From a virus (Duplodnaviria; Caudoviricetes): a DNA stretch of 24,186 nucleotides. The notes beneath the pieces are model-generated. The model ran no database searches. It was not told where the DNA came from and worked only from the letters and a program-made list of their open reading frames with translations. A program made the position numbers and the translations under genes. Below are positions 8,011 to 18,877 of the stretch, in pieces (position 1 is the stretch's first letter; every line of letters begins with the position of its first letter). The stretch covers positions 1 through 24,186 of IMG/VR virus record IMGVR_UViG_3300027774_000011. The stretch is one strand, 5' to 3'.

Positions 8011-8612
8011 TATGCTCCTATTCTAAACATTGAAAAAGTTGATGAAGTAAACATAGTTGCATTACCATTACCGTTATGACTTCCCCTCATGTCAACATAG
8101 TCACTGCTTCCATTCATTGAAACCATTGCTTGACAAGTTAGAGAATCGTAATGCCCTCCACCGTAACTAATGATGTTACTTGCACTTACAAAATTAGCAC
8201 CATTTTTATAAATATAAACTGTAGGAGTGTATTGACCTCCACCATGTGAAAAATGTAATACTGCTTGAACTAGATATACACCCGCAACTGTGGGAGTAAA
8301 CCTTTCACTTCCTGATCTAGTTATTGTTACTCCAGAAGATTGATCATTAGTTGTGCTATTATTAAATTGTAATAAGGTAACACTACCTGTAAAATATTGA
8401 CTATCCATAAACACAAATGCGTGAGGAAGTGTTGGGAGAGTACTAACTGTTGCAAATGAAAGTCCACCACTTCCATCGGTTTTTAAGAATTGTCCACTAC
8501 TACCATCTTCATTAGGTAACTTAAAAGCTACTTCACTAGATGTAGGTGCGGATGTAGGTGGGTTAAGCGATACGCTGTTACCACCCGAATGAACTAATTT
8601 TAATTTACTCAT
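8010..8612 (-). CDS. Accessory tail fibre protein with C1q/TNF-like head
   Basis: Shares the LP..DGS.GQFLKTDGSG.LSF motif with gp17. C-terminal RFTPTVAGVYLV...IYKNG...DYV...STFSMFRI fits a C1q-like jelly roll. Confidence 0.7.
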   Translation of the reverse strand: MSKLKLVHSGGNSVSLNPPTSAPTSSEVAFKLPNEDGSSGQFLKTDGSGGLSFATVSTLPTLPHAFVFMDSQYFTGSVTLLQFNNSTTNDQSSGVTITRSGSERFTPTVAGVYLVQAVLHFSHGGGQYTPTVYIYKNGANFVSASNIISYGGGHYDSLTCQAMVSMNGSSDYVDMRGSHNGNGNATMFTSSTFSMFRIGA

Positions 8613-9518
8613 TTATGCAGCCTCCAGTGCAGCGACTTTTGTTTCCAATACTTCAATTTTAGCAACTGCTTCTTGTAATGCAGCAGTAAGTAAAGGTATG
8701 AGTTTTGATTGATCTATTTGTTGAATTATTGGATCGTTATTACTATCAACAGCATCTTTTTCACCTGTTATAGCTTCTGGAACTGCTGGTGTTACCTCAT
8801 GTGCAAAAAAACCATCAACTTTTGTCGAAGCATCAGCTTTCCAATTAAACCTATATGGTTTTAAAATTTTTAATCTCGTAATACCATCTATAATTAGAGA
8901 TTCGTTTTCTTTTAATCTATAATCTGAAGCTGAATAGTATGATACACCAGTTGTTCCAGATTTACCTATACTTCCAATTTGTGTTCCGCTACTTCTAAAC
9001 TCGGTAAATCCCTGATTAGCTGGAATTGTATTAAAACTCATTACTGGGCCATAGCTAGTTGGGCTTGATTGTCTTACTGTAATACCGCCAGTACTAGAAG
9101 GGTCGACACCATTTGGACTCAAAGCAATATGACCATTGTGGTCAATACGCATCCGCTCGTTATTTGAACCACCATCTGCTGTATAAAAAGTTAATGGAAC
9201 ATTATTAATAACTGATGTAACACCTCCTACACCAATTCTCCCTTCTGAACTAGAAGTAAACGCATATACTTTTACATTGGCTTCCGAGCCAAAATAAGAT
9301 GTACCTTCTACGTTTAAAAGCCCCGCAGACTGTGTAGTGCCTATTGCCAAACAACCATCAGATTTAACGGTTGCCTTTGTTGAACCACCTGTATTTATAT
9401 TGACAGTATCAGTTCCAAAACTTACTCCTGTATTACTGTCTGAACCCTGTAAAGCTGGTGTGGAAGCTGACCCATCAACTCCAGAAATACCAGTAGTTCC
9501 ATTAATTGTTATTGCCAT
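8613..9518 (-). CDS. Tail fibre/spike protein with C-terminal intramolecular chaperone (peptidase S74-like)
   Basis: SDYRLKEN autocleavage motif, GFFAHEV..AVPEAI.G, terminal coiled coil. ERMRID fibre repeat upstream. Confidence 0.85.
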   Translation of the reverse strand: MAITINGTTGISGVDGSASTPALQGSDSNTGVSFGTDTVNINTGGSTKATVKSDGCLAIGTTQSAGLLNVEGTSYFGSEANVKVYAFTSSSEGRIGVGGVTSVINNVPLTFYTADGGSNNERMRIDHNGHIALSPNGVDPSSTGGITVRQSSPTSYGPVMSFNTIPANQGFTEFRSSGTQIGSIGKSGTTGVSYYSASDYRLKENESLIIDGITRLKILKPYRFNWKADASTKVDGFFAHEVTPAVPEAITGEKDAVDSNNDPIIQQIDQSKLIPLLTAALQEAVAKIEVLETKVAALEAA

Positions 9519-9521
9519 AAT

Positions 9522-11975
9522 TTATACTATTGTAAATACTGACCCACTAGGGATCGTTAATGTGTAGCTTCCTGTTGAAAATGGCCCAGCTACTAAAGCG
9601 TTGTTACCTGTTCCTATTGTTCTATCAGCTGTTAGTGCTGCTTTATGCTCTAGTATGTCACCCGTCGCGGCGGCAGGCAAGTTAGTTAAGTTTGCACCAC
9701 TTACCGCAGGCAAAGTTGCAGGGAATCTTGCATCAGGAATCGTACCAGATGCTAAATCAGATGCATCTAAGTTTGTTAAGTTTGCACCACTAACTGCTGG
9801 TAAAGTTGCAGGGAATCTTGCATCAGGAACTGTTCCAGATGTTAAATTAGAAGCACTTAAAGCCGTTAAGTCTATAGTCCCAAAACTTAAAACACCACTA
9901 CCATTAGTTTTTAAAAACTGTCCGTTACTGCCATCTGCTGCTGGTAATGTAAAAGTAATATCGTTAGGTTGAGTAGAAGGTGCTTGAAACGCTACTTTAT
10001 TTGCGTTGTTTGTATCTCTATCAAATGCAAGTTTATTATTACCACTAATCTCCAAATGACCGTTTGAACCTAGAGCAACAATATTGCTGGTATTTGCACT
10101 GTCAACTATTCTTGTACTTTGAAGATCACCAAAACTTAATACACCGCTACCGTTAGTTTTTAGAAACTGTCCGTTACTACCATCAGCAGAAGGTAAAGTA
10201 AATTCAACAGTAGCAGATAATGTATCAACAGGTTTAAATTTTAAAAAGTTAGCTGTTGTTCTATCTCTAAACATCAACTTACTAACAGCAGCAGAAGTTC
10301 CCTGTACTGTTACACCTTCTGAACTGGCTAGTAATCTTTGAACTGGAGTAGGGCTTGATTGATCAAAAAGGGAAATAACTGAATTTGTTGAAGTTACAAC
10401 ATTACCAAAACTTAAATTACCAAGCCCATCTGTTTTTAATGCTTGACCATTAACTCCATCATCATTAGGAAGAGTCAAAGTATAAGTTGCACCGGCAGAA
10501 TGTGGTGGAGATTGTATTTTTACACCATGATTATTGTTTGAACAGTTAAGCTGTATTGCACCAGTTGTACCGCTGGTAGTGCCGTCACCTAAGACTTCTA
10601 GACAACCTGTACCGTTTGGATTTACTTTTATGTTTCCGTTAGTTGTACTTGTGTTGATTTCTCTTGCTTGAACATCAAGATTACCGCCAAGCTGAGGTGT
10701 AGTGTCATCAACAACATCAGTAGCTACAGTAACAAACTCAATAGCATTACCACCAGAGTTTACTTTTAAGGTTTTGCCTGCTGCACTTCCGTAGTTGGAT
10801 GGAGTGTCAGATAATCCTGTAAAAGCTGTTGCTCCACCAGAGCCAGAACCACCATCATCAGCAATAATAAATTCAGATGCAGAAGCATCATATTTAAGTA
10901 TTTTGCCATCAGCTACACCAGAAGTATTTACATCTGATAAAGCATTTAAAGATCCTAAATTACCAAGTTTAGTTTTTTCTGCGTCTGTAAAAGCGTTAGT
11001 ATCACTTTCACCTTCATATGCAGCTTTAATTTCTGCACCAGTTTGATCTCCAGTTGCTCCGGCTTCTATATTATTTAATTTAGTATGGTCTGCATCGGTA
11101 AATACATTACTATCAGTTGCAGCTTCTACTGCTGCTCTAATTTCTGCATTACTTTGATCTCCAGTTGCTCCAGCTTCTATGTTGTTAAGTTTAGCATGAT
11201 CTGCGTCAGTAAACACGTTACTGTCGTTTGCTGCTTCTACAGCTGCTCTAATCTCTGCATCTGTTTGATCTGCGGTCGCTGCGGTTTCAATACCGTCTAG
11301 TTTTGCCTTATCAGCTGCTGCCATAGTACCAGCTACGGAAGTTGTTGCTGCGACTATTTTTGAAGCATCTATTGCTGCACTAGGGCTTATGTCAGCATTA
11401 ACAATAGTTCCGTCTACAATTTTAGCTGACGTTACAGAGTTGTTAGCTAATTTATTTTGAGTCACAGCTGAGTCGTCTAGGTCAGCTTCGACTATTGTCC
11501 CGTCAACAATGTTAGCACTTGCAACTGTAATGTCTGTAGGTAATGCACCGCTACCTAACTTAGCCATTGTAACACTATCGTCTAATATTTTAGATGTAAC
11601 GATAGCGTCATCTCGTATATTAGCAGTTTGCTCTAGTTGATTCTGCTCTTCTTGTGCGTGAAACAGAAGTTGTTTTTGATTAGCATTTAGATCCTCTGCT
11701 TTTACAGAAGCCCCTGCTGTGTAAGTAGCAGCTGCTGACTCTAAGTCTGTATCTCTAAAAATGCGTATAAGGGCGGGACTCGTGGGTATGTTGCCTGATG
11801 TAAATACTACATTACCACCACCTGTAGTTGTGTAGCTTGTAATGTTGTAATGTGTACCTGATGACTTAGTTGTGCCATCTACGGTTACTTTTATATCAGA
11901 TTCTTTTATGGAAGGGAAAGAAAACGCCTTAGTCGCATTTCCATCCCCAGTAAATTCTACGAATGTTGTTGCCAT
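9522..11975 (-). CDS. Tail fibre protein (T7 gp17-like N-terminal anchor)
   Basis: N-terminal GDG..K.F.FPS......KV...IRIFRDT.....A.Y..G.SVKAEDLN.N..QLL tail-attachment domain, multiple internal repeats, position directly after gp16. Confidence 0.92.
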   Translation of the reverse strand: MATTFVEFTGDGNATKAFSFPSIKESDIKVTVDGTTKSSGTHYNITSYTTTGGGNVVFTSGNIPTSPALIRIFRDTDLESAAATYTAGASVKAEDLNANQKQLLFHAQEEQNQLEQTANIRDDAIVTSKILDDSVTMAKLGSGALPTDITVASANIVDGTIVEADLDDSAVTQNKLANNSVTSAKIVDGTIVNADISPSAAIDASKIVAATTSVAGTMAAADKAKLDGIETAATADQTDAEIRAAVEAANDSNVFTDADHAKLNNIEAGATGDQSNAEIRAAVEAATDSNVFTDADHTKLNNIEAGATGDQTGAEIKAAYEGESDTNAFTDAEKTKLGNLGSLNALSDVNTSGVADGKILKYDASASEFIIADDGGSGSGGATAFTGLSDTPSNYGSAAGKTLKVNSGGNAIEFVTVATDVVDDTTPQLGGNLDVQAREINTSTTNGNIKVNPNGTGCLEVLGDGTTSGTTGAIQLNCSNNNHGVKIQSPPHSAGATYTLTLPNDDGVNGQALKTDGLGNLSFGNVVTSTNSVISLFDQSSPTPVQRLLASSEGVTVQGTSAAVSKLMFRDRTTANFLKFKPVDTLSATVEFTLPSADGSNGQFLKTNGSGVLSFGDLQSTRIVDSANTSNIVALGSNGHLEISGNNKLAFDRDTNNANKVAFQAPSTQPNDITFTLPAADGSNGQFLKTNGSGVLSFGTIDLTALSASNLTSGTVPDARFPATLPAVSGANLTNLDASDLASGTIPDARFPATLPAVSGANLTNLPAAATGDILEHKAALTADRTIGTGNNALVAGPFSTGSYTLTIPSGSVFTIV
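9679..9839 (-). repeat. 90-nt-period tandem duplication in the tail fibre gene
   Basis: SGT(V/I)PDARFPATLPAVSGANLTNL twice; DNA copies at 9679-9749 and 9769-9839. Confidence 0.9.
10960..11310 (-). repeat. 111-nt (37-aa) tandem repeat, three copies, in the tail fibre gene
   Basis: KL..IE..AT.DQ..AEI.AA.E...D.N.FTDA three times; TTTGATCT anchors at about 11042, 11153 and 11264. Confidence 0.9.
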
Positions 11976-14900
11976 TTATTTGTATATGTTGAGGATGTTT
12001 CTTGATTGGATTTCTTTAGACTCTTTAGCTGCCTTCTTCATTAGATACTCTTTACGTAGTTTTAAAACTTCAGAGTTGTCTTTAATACTGTACCAAGCTG
12101 CTGCACGTGCTTTACTGAATATTCTATCAATCTGTTGGTTATGCCAATAATCTCTAGCATCATATTCTCCACGTCGGCCTGATTTAATATCTTCGTACAT
12201 AAGTTTCATAGACGCTATAGCTTTAGGATTTTTAGCTAATTTAGCAAGTTGTTTCTCTAAATTTTGCAACCCTATAGCACGTTGAAACTCAGATCTAACA
12301 TTAGGAGAATCTGTTAAGTTTGTACCGTCTGGAGCATAGTATGTTGATAAACGTAAATCATAACCACTATTAAATAGAAACTCTCTGCCTTCTCCTTGAT
12401 CTAAATTTAAAGATATAGGACTTATAGCGTTATATGCACGAGTAAGAAAGTCCCAATCTTTTAAAGGTTTACCGTTTAGTATATCATACTTTATAGGCAA
12501 AGCTGTGTTTCCAGATGCACCAGCTACAGCTTCTGTAATTAAGTTACGGTTACGTACTGATTGTATTATACCTGAGTTTATCTCACGCATGTATGGCGTA
12601 AATAATCTACCTAGATCATTACGTAAACCAGCTAGTGGTACTTGGTTGTTAAGTAATCCAGCTACAATACGACCAGCCTGACCCGGCCTGCCTGCAAATA
12701 AATCAACAAAAGACTGTATACCGGCTAAATATGACTTACTTGTTACAGCTTGTGCTATGACAAGAGATATTTTACCTAGTTCATTTTCTGTCCATTCTTG
12801 ACCCATAAGTTGACTCGCATCACCTACGTCAGCTATTGTAGACATAATAAGGTTAAACGGTTCAAAGTTATCATAACCTACACGTACAGCACCAAGCTTT
12901 ATAGTTCTAGGTTCCCACTTACCGTCTAGCCACATCTGTCTTTTTTGTCTATCTACTGGGCCGTTGCCGTTAAGATCACCACGCATCCAAGCTTGTGCAG
13001 CCATAAATACTACAGCAGATCCTATAGAAAGTCTACCTACTTGCAGTGCTTGTGCATTAGCTAGTTCTTCTACGGTTGTAATACCATACTTAGCTACACT
13101 ACCTAAATTGTTTGAGTTAGCAAATGCTATATCGTTCCATTCTTTAACTAAAAAGTTAAATCCGGGTGTATACTTACCTGTAAGTGCAAGCCCGTTTACA
13201 CCAGTTCTAGCAAACAGAAAGAATGGTTTAGCTAAAGGTGCAGCTGTAAATACATCGTTAAGACCCTTAGCAAATCCTGTAAGGTCTTGTGTTAGTGTTA
13301 CCTCTTTACGTGCAAAGGTAGTAGCTTCATCTACAATATTACCGTTAGCGTCAAACACTTGTGCGTAAAAATCATCTTCGTACGCTTTCATCAACTCTTT
13401 GTTAATTTTAGGTAGTTCAATACCGTTACCTTGTAACTCTAAAACTCTACGCATAGCTTTTTCTCGCATCTTAGCACGACCTAAAATATACGCAAAAGCG
13501 TCGTCAGTCGCAGCCATGATCTTTGTAGAGTATGTAAATATGTTACTGTTGTTTAGATTTCTAGCCATGTTAGCCATAGCAAACGCAGCTTTATCACCAT
13601 CAGTAGCTCTACCACTATCTTCTGCCCAACGTCTAAGTATCTCCCAGTTGTCGTCTCCTTGTGTGTACTCAGAAAAACGTGTTTTTATTTGTCTTATATC
13701 ACCTTTCCAGTAAGAGTTTAGTTTACTTCTAAACAAAGTAAACGATTCTGGTATAGCTTCTATCATAGCATTTACAGAAGCTAAACTAGATCTTACTGTT
13801 GCAGCATCACCGTTAAACGGAAACTTAAGAGTTGCACCTATAGCCGTAGCTACTGGTCTTAAAAATGTTGCAGCAGATGTACCCATAATAGCACGAACTG
13901 GTGTTTTAGGGCCAGATAGTACACTATTGGTCATAACACCTTCGAGTTCTCTTATTAAAGCACCTGTTCTATCGACACCATTTGGTTCTAGCTTACCACC
14001 TTTAATAACAGTTCTTGCCCAGTTATCAAAATCATCTAGAGAGTTTACGTTCTCCATCATAGAGAAAGCTTCAAACACTGCATTGAGTAGATTGTCGTCT
14101 GGGTCATCTTTAGCTATTTTAAGTACGGAAAGTATAGATTCTCTAGCGTCAGCCATGTCTTGTGTTAAGGCTTCTTCTACAGCTTGCTTTCTAGCTTTGC
14201 CTGCTCCTAATGCTCTAAATGAGTCTGACTTTATAAATCTTGCTTTTTTAGTTTCGTATAAAGCTGTAAGCATAGTATCAACAACCTGTTTAGCTGGGCC
14301 GTCAATATCTTGTATATCTACTATATCAATAATTTCTCTGCCTGCTGTACCTAAGTCACGAATCTGTCGTAATAATGTTCCTATCACTAAATCAGCAACA
14401 ACAACATTCTTAGCTGTCCAGTTTTCTACACCGTCAATGACATCATTTGTTTCAAATAACTCTTTTAGGTATTCTTGTGGTGACATATCGACAGCACTTC
14501 TACCCTGTGTAATTCTTTGGTGAGCTTCAACAGCTTCTCTATATGTAGCAGCTAGTTTTTTTCTATCACCTTTAGCGGCTTCTAGTTCTTTAGCAAACTT
14601 TTCGCTACTCATCAACCCACGCAGTATTCTTTCAACCGTAGCATCGTCTGTACCGCCTTCTAAGCCTATTCTTTCCCTCTCTACGGGTGTAGTGACCGAT
14701 CCGGTAGAACCTTCCTCTGAGCCCCATTGTTTACGTGTTTTTGATAACTGTTGACGAGCTACTTCTGGTTCAACCTCGGATACGTGTGCCCCTTGGTGTG
14801 TATTAGCTATAGGTGCGTTTTTGTCAGCTCTAAATTCTATTTCACCTTTACGTATTTGAGCTATACCAGCTTGAACTGTTTGATCTTTTAAACTTTTATT

Positions 14901-15677
14901 GCGTTTACTAATTTGATCTATCGCTTTACTACCACCCTTTTTAAGTGTATAAGCTACACCATCAAAGACTAGCCCTATGCCCATACCTTCAACGATGTTT
15001 TTTAGTTTCATCATTACAGGATGGTCAGTATCTTTAGTAGATATTGGTGTATCTATCCAACCATATCTATCGCGTAGTGCACCTAATGCGTTCTGTTCGT
15101 CTGATTCTTTTGATACAAGATCAGATACAGCTCCAATAGCTGCACCCCTGACTAGATTACCTTTTGTAAATGCTAGTATACCAGCTGGTACAGTAACTGC
15201 ACCTGTGGCGGCTACAGCTTTTGCTGCTGCAACTGTACCTAGAGCCAAGCTACCAAAGTGTACTAAACCTCGTAACTGTTTACCCCACCATGTTCTTGTT
15301 TCTATAGGATTACTATACCCACCAAACGGTTGCCAGTCTGGTCGGTATGTTCCTGTTGTTGATCTTTCCTCTTCCATTTCTCCAGATAACGCATCTATTG
15401 TACGTTCTGGAAAAGTAGCTATGGAAGATGCTGTGTCTTGGAGGCCACCTGATAGTATAGATTGACCTTCTTTTATATAAGCCTTAGCTCCCCAAGTTTC
15501 TGAATTGCGAGGGTCGATAGCTTCTGCGTCAGCTTGTTGCTCTAACGCCTGCTCGTCGTTTAACGCCGCGTTTCTTTCTTCTATTCTTTTTTGATAAGCT
15601 TCGGTAGCCTTAGCTGCTTCTTCGGCTGCGATGTCTAGATCTTCGCCGGGAATCTCGAAGCTATATGAGTCTGTCAT
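11976..15677 (-). CDS. Internal virion (ejection) protein, gp16-like
   Basis: 1233 aa, helical and Ala-rich; last of three core genes before the tail fibre in T7-like gene order. Confidence 0.85.
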   Translation of the reverse strand: MTDSYSFEIPGEDLDIAAEEAAKATEAYQKRIEERNAALNDEQALEQQADAEAIDPRNSETWGAKAYIKEGQSILSGGLQDTASSIATFPERTIDALSGEMEEERSTTGTYRPDWQPFGGYSNPIETRTWWGKQLRGLVHFGSLALGTVAAAKAVAATGAVTVPAGILAFTKGNLVRGAAIGAVSDLVSKESDEQNALGALRDRYGWIDTPISTKDTDHPVMMKLKNIVEGMGIGLVFDGVAYTLKKGGSKAIDQISKRNKSLKDQTVQAGIAQIRKGEIEFRADKNAPIANTHQGAHVSEVEPEVARQQLSKTRKQWGSEEGSTGSVTTPVERERIGLEGGTDDATVERILRGLMSSEKFAKELEAAKGDRKKLAATYREAVEAHQRITQGRSAVDMSPQEYLKELFETNDVIDGVENWTAKNVVVADLVIGTLLRQIRDLGTAGREIIDIVDIQDIDGPAKQVVDTMLTALYETKKARFIKSDSFRALGAGKARKQAVEEALTQDMADARESILSVLKIAKDDPDDNLLNAVFEAFSMMENVNSLDDFDNWARTVIKGGKLEPNGVDRTGALIRELEGVMTNSVLSGPKTPVRAIMGTSAATFLRPVATAIGATLKFPFNGDAATVRSSLASVNAMIEAIPESFTLFRSKLNSYWKGDIRQIKTRFSEYTQGDDNWEILRRWAEDSGRATDGDKAAFAMANMARNLNNSNIFTYSTKIMAATDDAFAYILGRAKMREKAMRRVLELQGNGIELPKINKELMKAYEDDFYAQVFDANGNIVDEATTFARKEVTLTQDLTGFAKGLNDVFTAAPLAKPFFLFARTGVNGLALTGKYTPGFNFLVKEWNDIAFANSNNLGSVAKYGITTVEELANAQALQVGRLSIGSAVVFMAAQAWMRGDLNGNGPVDRQKRQMWLDGKWEPRTIKLGAVRVGYDNFEPFNLIMSTIADVGDASQLMGQEWTENELGKISLVIAQAVTSKSYLAGIQSFVDLFAGRPGQAGRIVAGLLNNQVPLAGLRNDLGRLFTPYMREINSGIIQSVRNRNLITEAVAGASGNTALPIKYDILNGKPLKDWDFLTRAYNAISPISLNLDQGEGREFLFNSGYDLRLSTYYAPDGTNLTDSPNVRSEFQRAIGLQNLEKQLAKLAKNPKAIASMKLMYEDIKSGRRGEYDARDYWHNQQIDRIFSKARAAAWYSIKDNSEVLKLRKEYLMKKAAKESKEIQSRNILNIYK

Positions 15678-18316
15678 TGAATTAGTCGTCCTCGTCTGTT
15701 ACGTTTTATTTTAGACTGTTCTAGTCTTCTTTCTTCCCTTTCTTTAGCTCGTTGCTCAACATCGGATAATGCCAGTAAACCAACTTCACGTTGAAAGGTA
15801 TCAAAGTTATTAAATGGTTGATCTGCATATCCGGGAAACACTTGAGCTAATAACTCAGCTTCTTGTTTATTAAATTGAGTTCTTTGAAGCCATTTATCAT
15901 TACCTATAATAGCACCAGAGGAAGCCTTACTTTGGTTTGCTTGTATCATGTACAGCTCAAGAATACCTGTAGATTGTGTATCTTCGTTAAATACATCATT
16001 TTTATCGTATCTGTCTGAGTCATAAATCTGTAAGAACTCTTCTGTACTATAGCTGTATCTGCCAATCTGATCTATTTTACCAGCTTTAGCTAGTGCAATA
16101 AGCTGACCTATTGTTCTTTTTTCTATTCCTGTTCTACGAAAACGTTTACCGCCTTTATAGTCGCTTATCATAATATACTCACCATCGCCTTTAGCAATAG
16201 TTTCGCCTCTTCTATTTTTTATAGCCTTACCATTTACATCACGTTTAACATCACGCAATGTAGCAAGAGCGTTAGCTAAGATTTTTTTATCTTTGTAAAC
16301 GACACCTATAGTTTTAGCGGGCGTGTTTAATCTTTCTAGTTCTCTTATATCTTCTTCACTGATGTCATAGTACTCATCATTTGCTTTTAATGTACTACCG
16401 TCTTTACTCATACCTCCGGTTTGAATTAGTCTTAGTCTAGCAAACTCGTAAGGACTATAAGTTTTGCCATTAACCACGACTGTTCCTATAGCTTTCCAGT
16501 AAGCTGGAATATCCATACCGTTTTCTATATTATAAACAAGCTGATCTAAGCCTTGTTTTTCATGTATGTTTATAGGTTGTTCTGCAAGAGCAGCACCAGA
16601 GTTAGAGTACTCTTTTTGAGTAGCAACTATGTCATTTTGATCTGTTGTAATACTACGTTCATAAGGTTTGTATCCACCTTTTTTTAGTTTTTCTAATACA
16701 TTCTCTCCTATAGTTTTACCGTTAGCTTCTTTAGCAACAATAGCTTCTTCATAAGTCATAGTTTCATTCTTCATTTTTTGAAGGACTAACTCGTTTAACT
16801 CATCTTTTGCCATCTTTAATTCTAGTTGCTGTGTGTCGTTTAGTTGGCTGTTTTTCTTGGGTATCGCTTGTTTAAGAAACAAATCTTCTCTATATAATCC
16901 GTCTAGTGTTTCAACTGCACTTGTAAAAGTTGGATTAGCTTTACCAGCCCTGCCGGGGTAGCTACCATATTTACTACCTGTTTCTATACCACCACTTTGT
17001 ATATACTCAGGAAACGGCCTGTCTGGAAACTGTTTAGACCACTTAGCTCTTAAGTCGTAATAGTTTTCATCACTAATTGCTATTGGATTACCCTTAGCAT
17101 CTTTTAATAATGGATCAAAAAACTTTTCTTTAAAATTTTGACTTTCAGCTCTAAACACTAAGTCTGGGTCAGTATTACCATAAGCAAAAGCTCTATCTAG
17201 TTTACCAAGAAAAGACTCTACAAATCTATCTTTACCATTGCCGATCAGTAAGTCTCTAAAAGGCACTAATTTATCTTGTGCACTTCCTTGCCTAAAAACA
17301 GCAACATCTTTTAAAAGAGTCAGCTCATTAGCACCTAAACTACCGTTTCTTAAAAGAACATCAGATCTTTCTAATAAATATCTGAGAGCTTGCTTACGTC
17401 CAGCTGGTGTATCTTCATAACCTTTTGCAACTTGTATTCTAGTTATCAAGCCGTTCTCACCATCTAGGTCAGGAATAAACGCTGGTCTGTTTTCATTACT
17501 ACCATCACTATAACTTTGTAGTGTTGATTCTATATCTCTATCAAGATTATCTGTTAAATCTTCTTCTTCTTTTCTTTCTTTACTTCTTTCCCATTTTAAT
17601 AAGTTAGCTTCTGTTCTAGCTACTATTTTAGGATATAGTTTTTGACGAAACAATCGTCTAAACTGACGGCTATCTATATTTACACCAGCATCTTTAGCTT
17701 GTTGTAACATCGTAGCTACAGCTAAGATATTTGACTCAGTATGTTTATCTACAGCTTCTGATCTAAGAGCTGTATTAATAAATCCTAGCTTTTCGTTATG
17801 TGTAGTTATAGAATCATAAAAACCTTTTTCTTCTATACCTTTAACAAAATCTTTTGTTGATACTTCTTCAGCAGATGGTTGTGTAAGTGCAGTAGCTAAA
17901 TCCTGTGCACTTGACGATCCTTCTGCTTTTAATTCGTTAATCTGTTTACCTTCTTCAATTTTTAATTTATTTATAGCATCTTCTTCGAGTTTATTAGCTC
18001 CTTTTTCGAGTAAGTCATTGGACTCTCTCATTAGCTCCCTGCTTTGATTATAAGCGTCGTTAGCCTTTTTAAACTCATTTACACCCTTAACTAAGCCACC
18101 TAACGCTTTTAAGTTATCGTCAAAGTTTTTCTGACGCAACTCAGCTATTCTTATCATCTGATCGTGAAAATCCTTAGTGTCAAGAATGTTTCTATCTATC
18201 TGATCGTTGACGGACTTAGTTAAGTCTACTTCTGTTCTTAAATAATTGGTACTACTAATATCGGGCAATTCATCCCGTGGCGTACCAATGACGTTTCCAA
18301 ATGATGATGATGTCAT
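15674..18316 (-). CDS. Internal virion (ejection) protein, gp15-like
   Basis: 880 aa charged helical protein between the gp14-like and gp16-like genes; ATGA overlap with gp16. Confidence 0.8.
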   Translation of the reverse strand: MTSSSFGNVIGTPRDELPDISSTNYLRTEVDLTKSVNDQIDRNILDTKDFHDQMIRIAELRQKNFDDNLKALGGLVKGVNEFKKANDAYNQSRELMRESNDLLEKGANKLEEDAINKLKIEEGKQINELKAEGSSSAQDLATALTQPSAEEVSTKDFVKGIEEKGFYDSITTHNEKLGFINTALRSEAVDKHTESNILAVATMLQQAKDAGVNIDSRQFRRLFRQKLYPKIVARTEANLLKWERSKERKEEEDLTDNLDRDIESTLQSYSDGSNENRPAFIPDLDGENGLITRIQVAKGYEDTPAGRKQALRYLLERSDVLLRNGSLGANELTLLKDVAVFRQGSAQDKLVPFRDLLIGNGKDRFVESFLGKLDRAFAYGNTDPDLVFRAESQNFKEKFFDPLLKDAKGNPIAISDENYYDLRAKWSKQFPDRPFPEYIQSGGIETGSKYGSYPGRAGKANPTFTSAVETLDGLYREDLFLKQAIPKKNSQLNDTQQLELKMAKDELNELVLQKMKNETMTYEEAIVAKEANGKTIGENVLEKLKKGGYKPYERSITTDQNDIVATQKEYSNSGAALAEQPINIHEKQGLDQLVYNIENGMDIPAYWKAIGTVVVNGKTYSPYEFARLRLIQTGGMSKDGSTLKANDEYYDISEEDIRELERLNTPAKTIGVVYKDKKILANALATLRDVKRDVNGKAIKNRRGETIAKGDGEYIMISDYKGGKRFRRTGIEKRTIGQLIALAKAGKIDQIGRYSYSTEEFLQIYDSDRYDKNDVFNEDTQSTGILELYMIQANQSKASSGAIIGNDKWLQRTQFNKQEAELLAQVFPGYADQPFNNFDTFQREVGLLALSDVEQRAKEREERRLEQSKIKRNRRGRLIQ

Positions 18317-18319
18317 AAT

Positions 18320-18877
18320 TTATCCTAAGCCTGCTAAGAAAGTTTGTGTACCAGTTGCAATTCCTACAACTTGACTTGCTATCTGTAAAGCACCACCTAA
18401 TCTATTTGTAGGAGGCATCATAACAGGAGCACCGTAGGCAGCTGGTATACCAAGAGCTTCTCTAGCTTGTACATTAGCAGCTTGGTACTTACGTTTAGCT
18501 CCTTCTTGGAAGTAAGCAAAGTTTCTACCAAATGTGGTGTCAACAATAGCATCTACTTCAGCTCTTTTTTGTAATAATGTTTGGTAATCTTTTACACCAA
18601 ACCTTCTGCTACGACCACCTTCGTTTACTTTTGCAGTTGCAAAGTAAGTTCTAGCAGCTTTTTCGACAGCAGATCTACCTTTTCCTTGAGTGTATAAAGC
18701 TTGTACGTAAGCATCACTTACGTCACGGCCATATCCTATAAGGTTTGTATTTAAAGCTCTACTAAAAGACGCTTCTTTGTTAAAATACTTTAGCTTTTCT
18801 TGAGCAAAGATTGCGTTTTTTTGTGCAGCTCGTTCTCTGGCAGCTTGTCTTTGAGCTGCATTAGCATCTACGCACAC
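18320..18877 (-). CDS. Internal virion protein, gp14-like
   Basis: 185 aa; MC start, Ala/Gln-rich, hydrophobic Gly-rich C-terminus; syntenic position. Confidence 0.75.
   Translation of the reverse strand: MCVDANAAQRQAARERAAQKNAIFAQEKLKYFNKEASFSRALNTNLIGYGRDVSDAYVQALYTQGKGRSAVEKAARTYFATAKVNEGGRSRRFGVKDYQTLLQKRAEVDAIVDTTFGRNFAYFQEGAKRKYQAANVQAREALGIPAAYGAPVMMPPTNRLGGALQIASQVVGIATGTQTFLAGLG

Noticed and set aside
6707-11975. Diversity-generating retroelement or invertible fibre switch
   Set aside because: No reverse transcriptase or invertase, no TR/VR pair with adenine-specific differences, and all genes are co-oriented.
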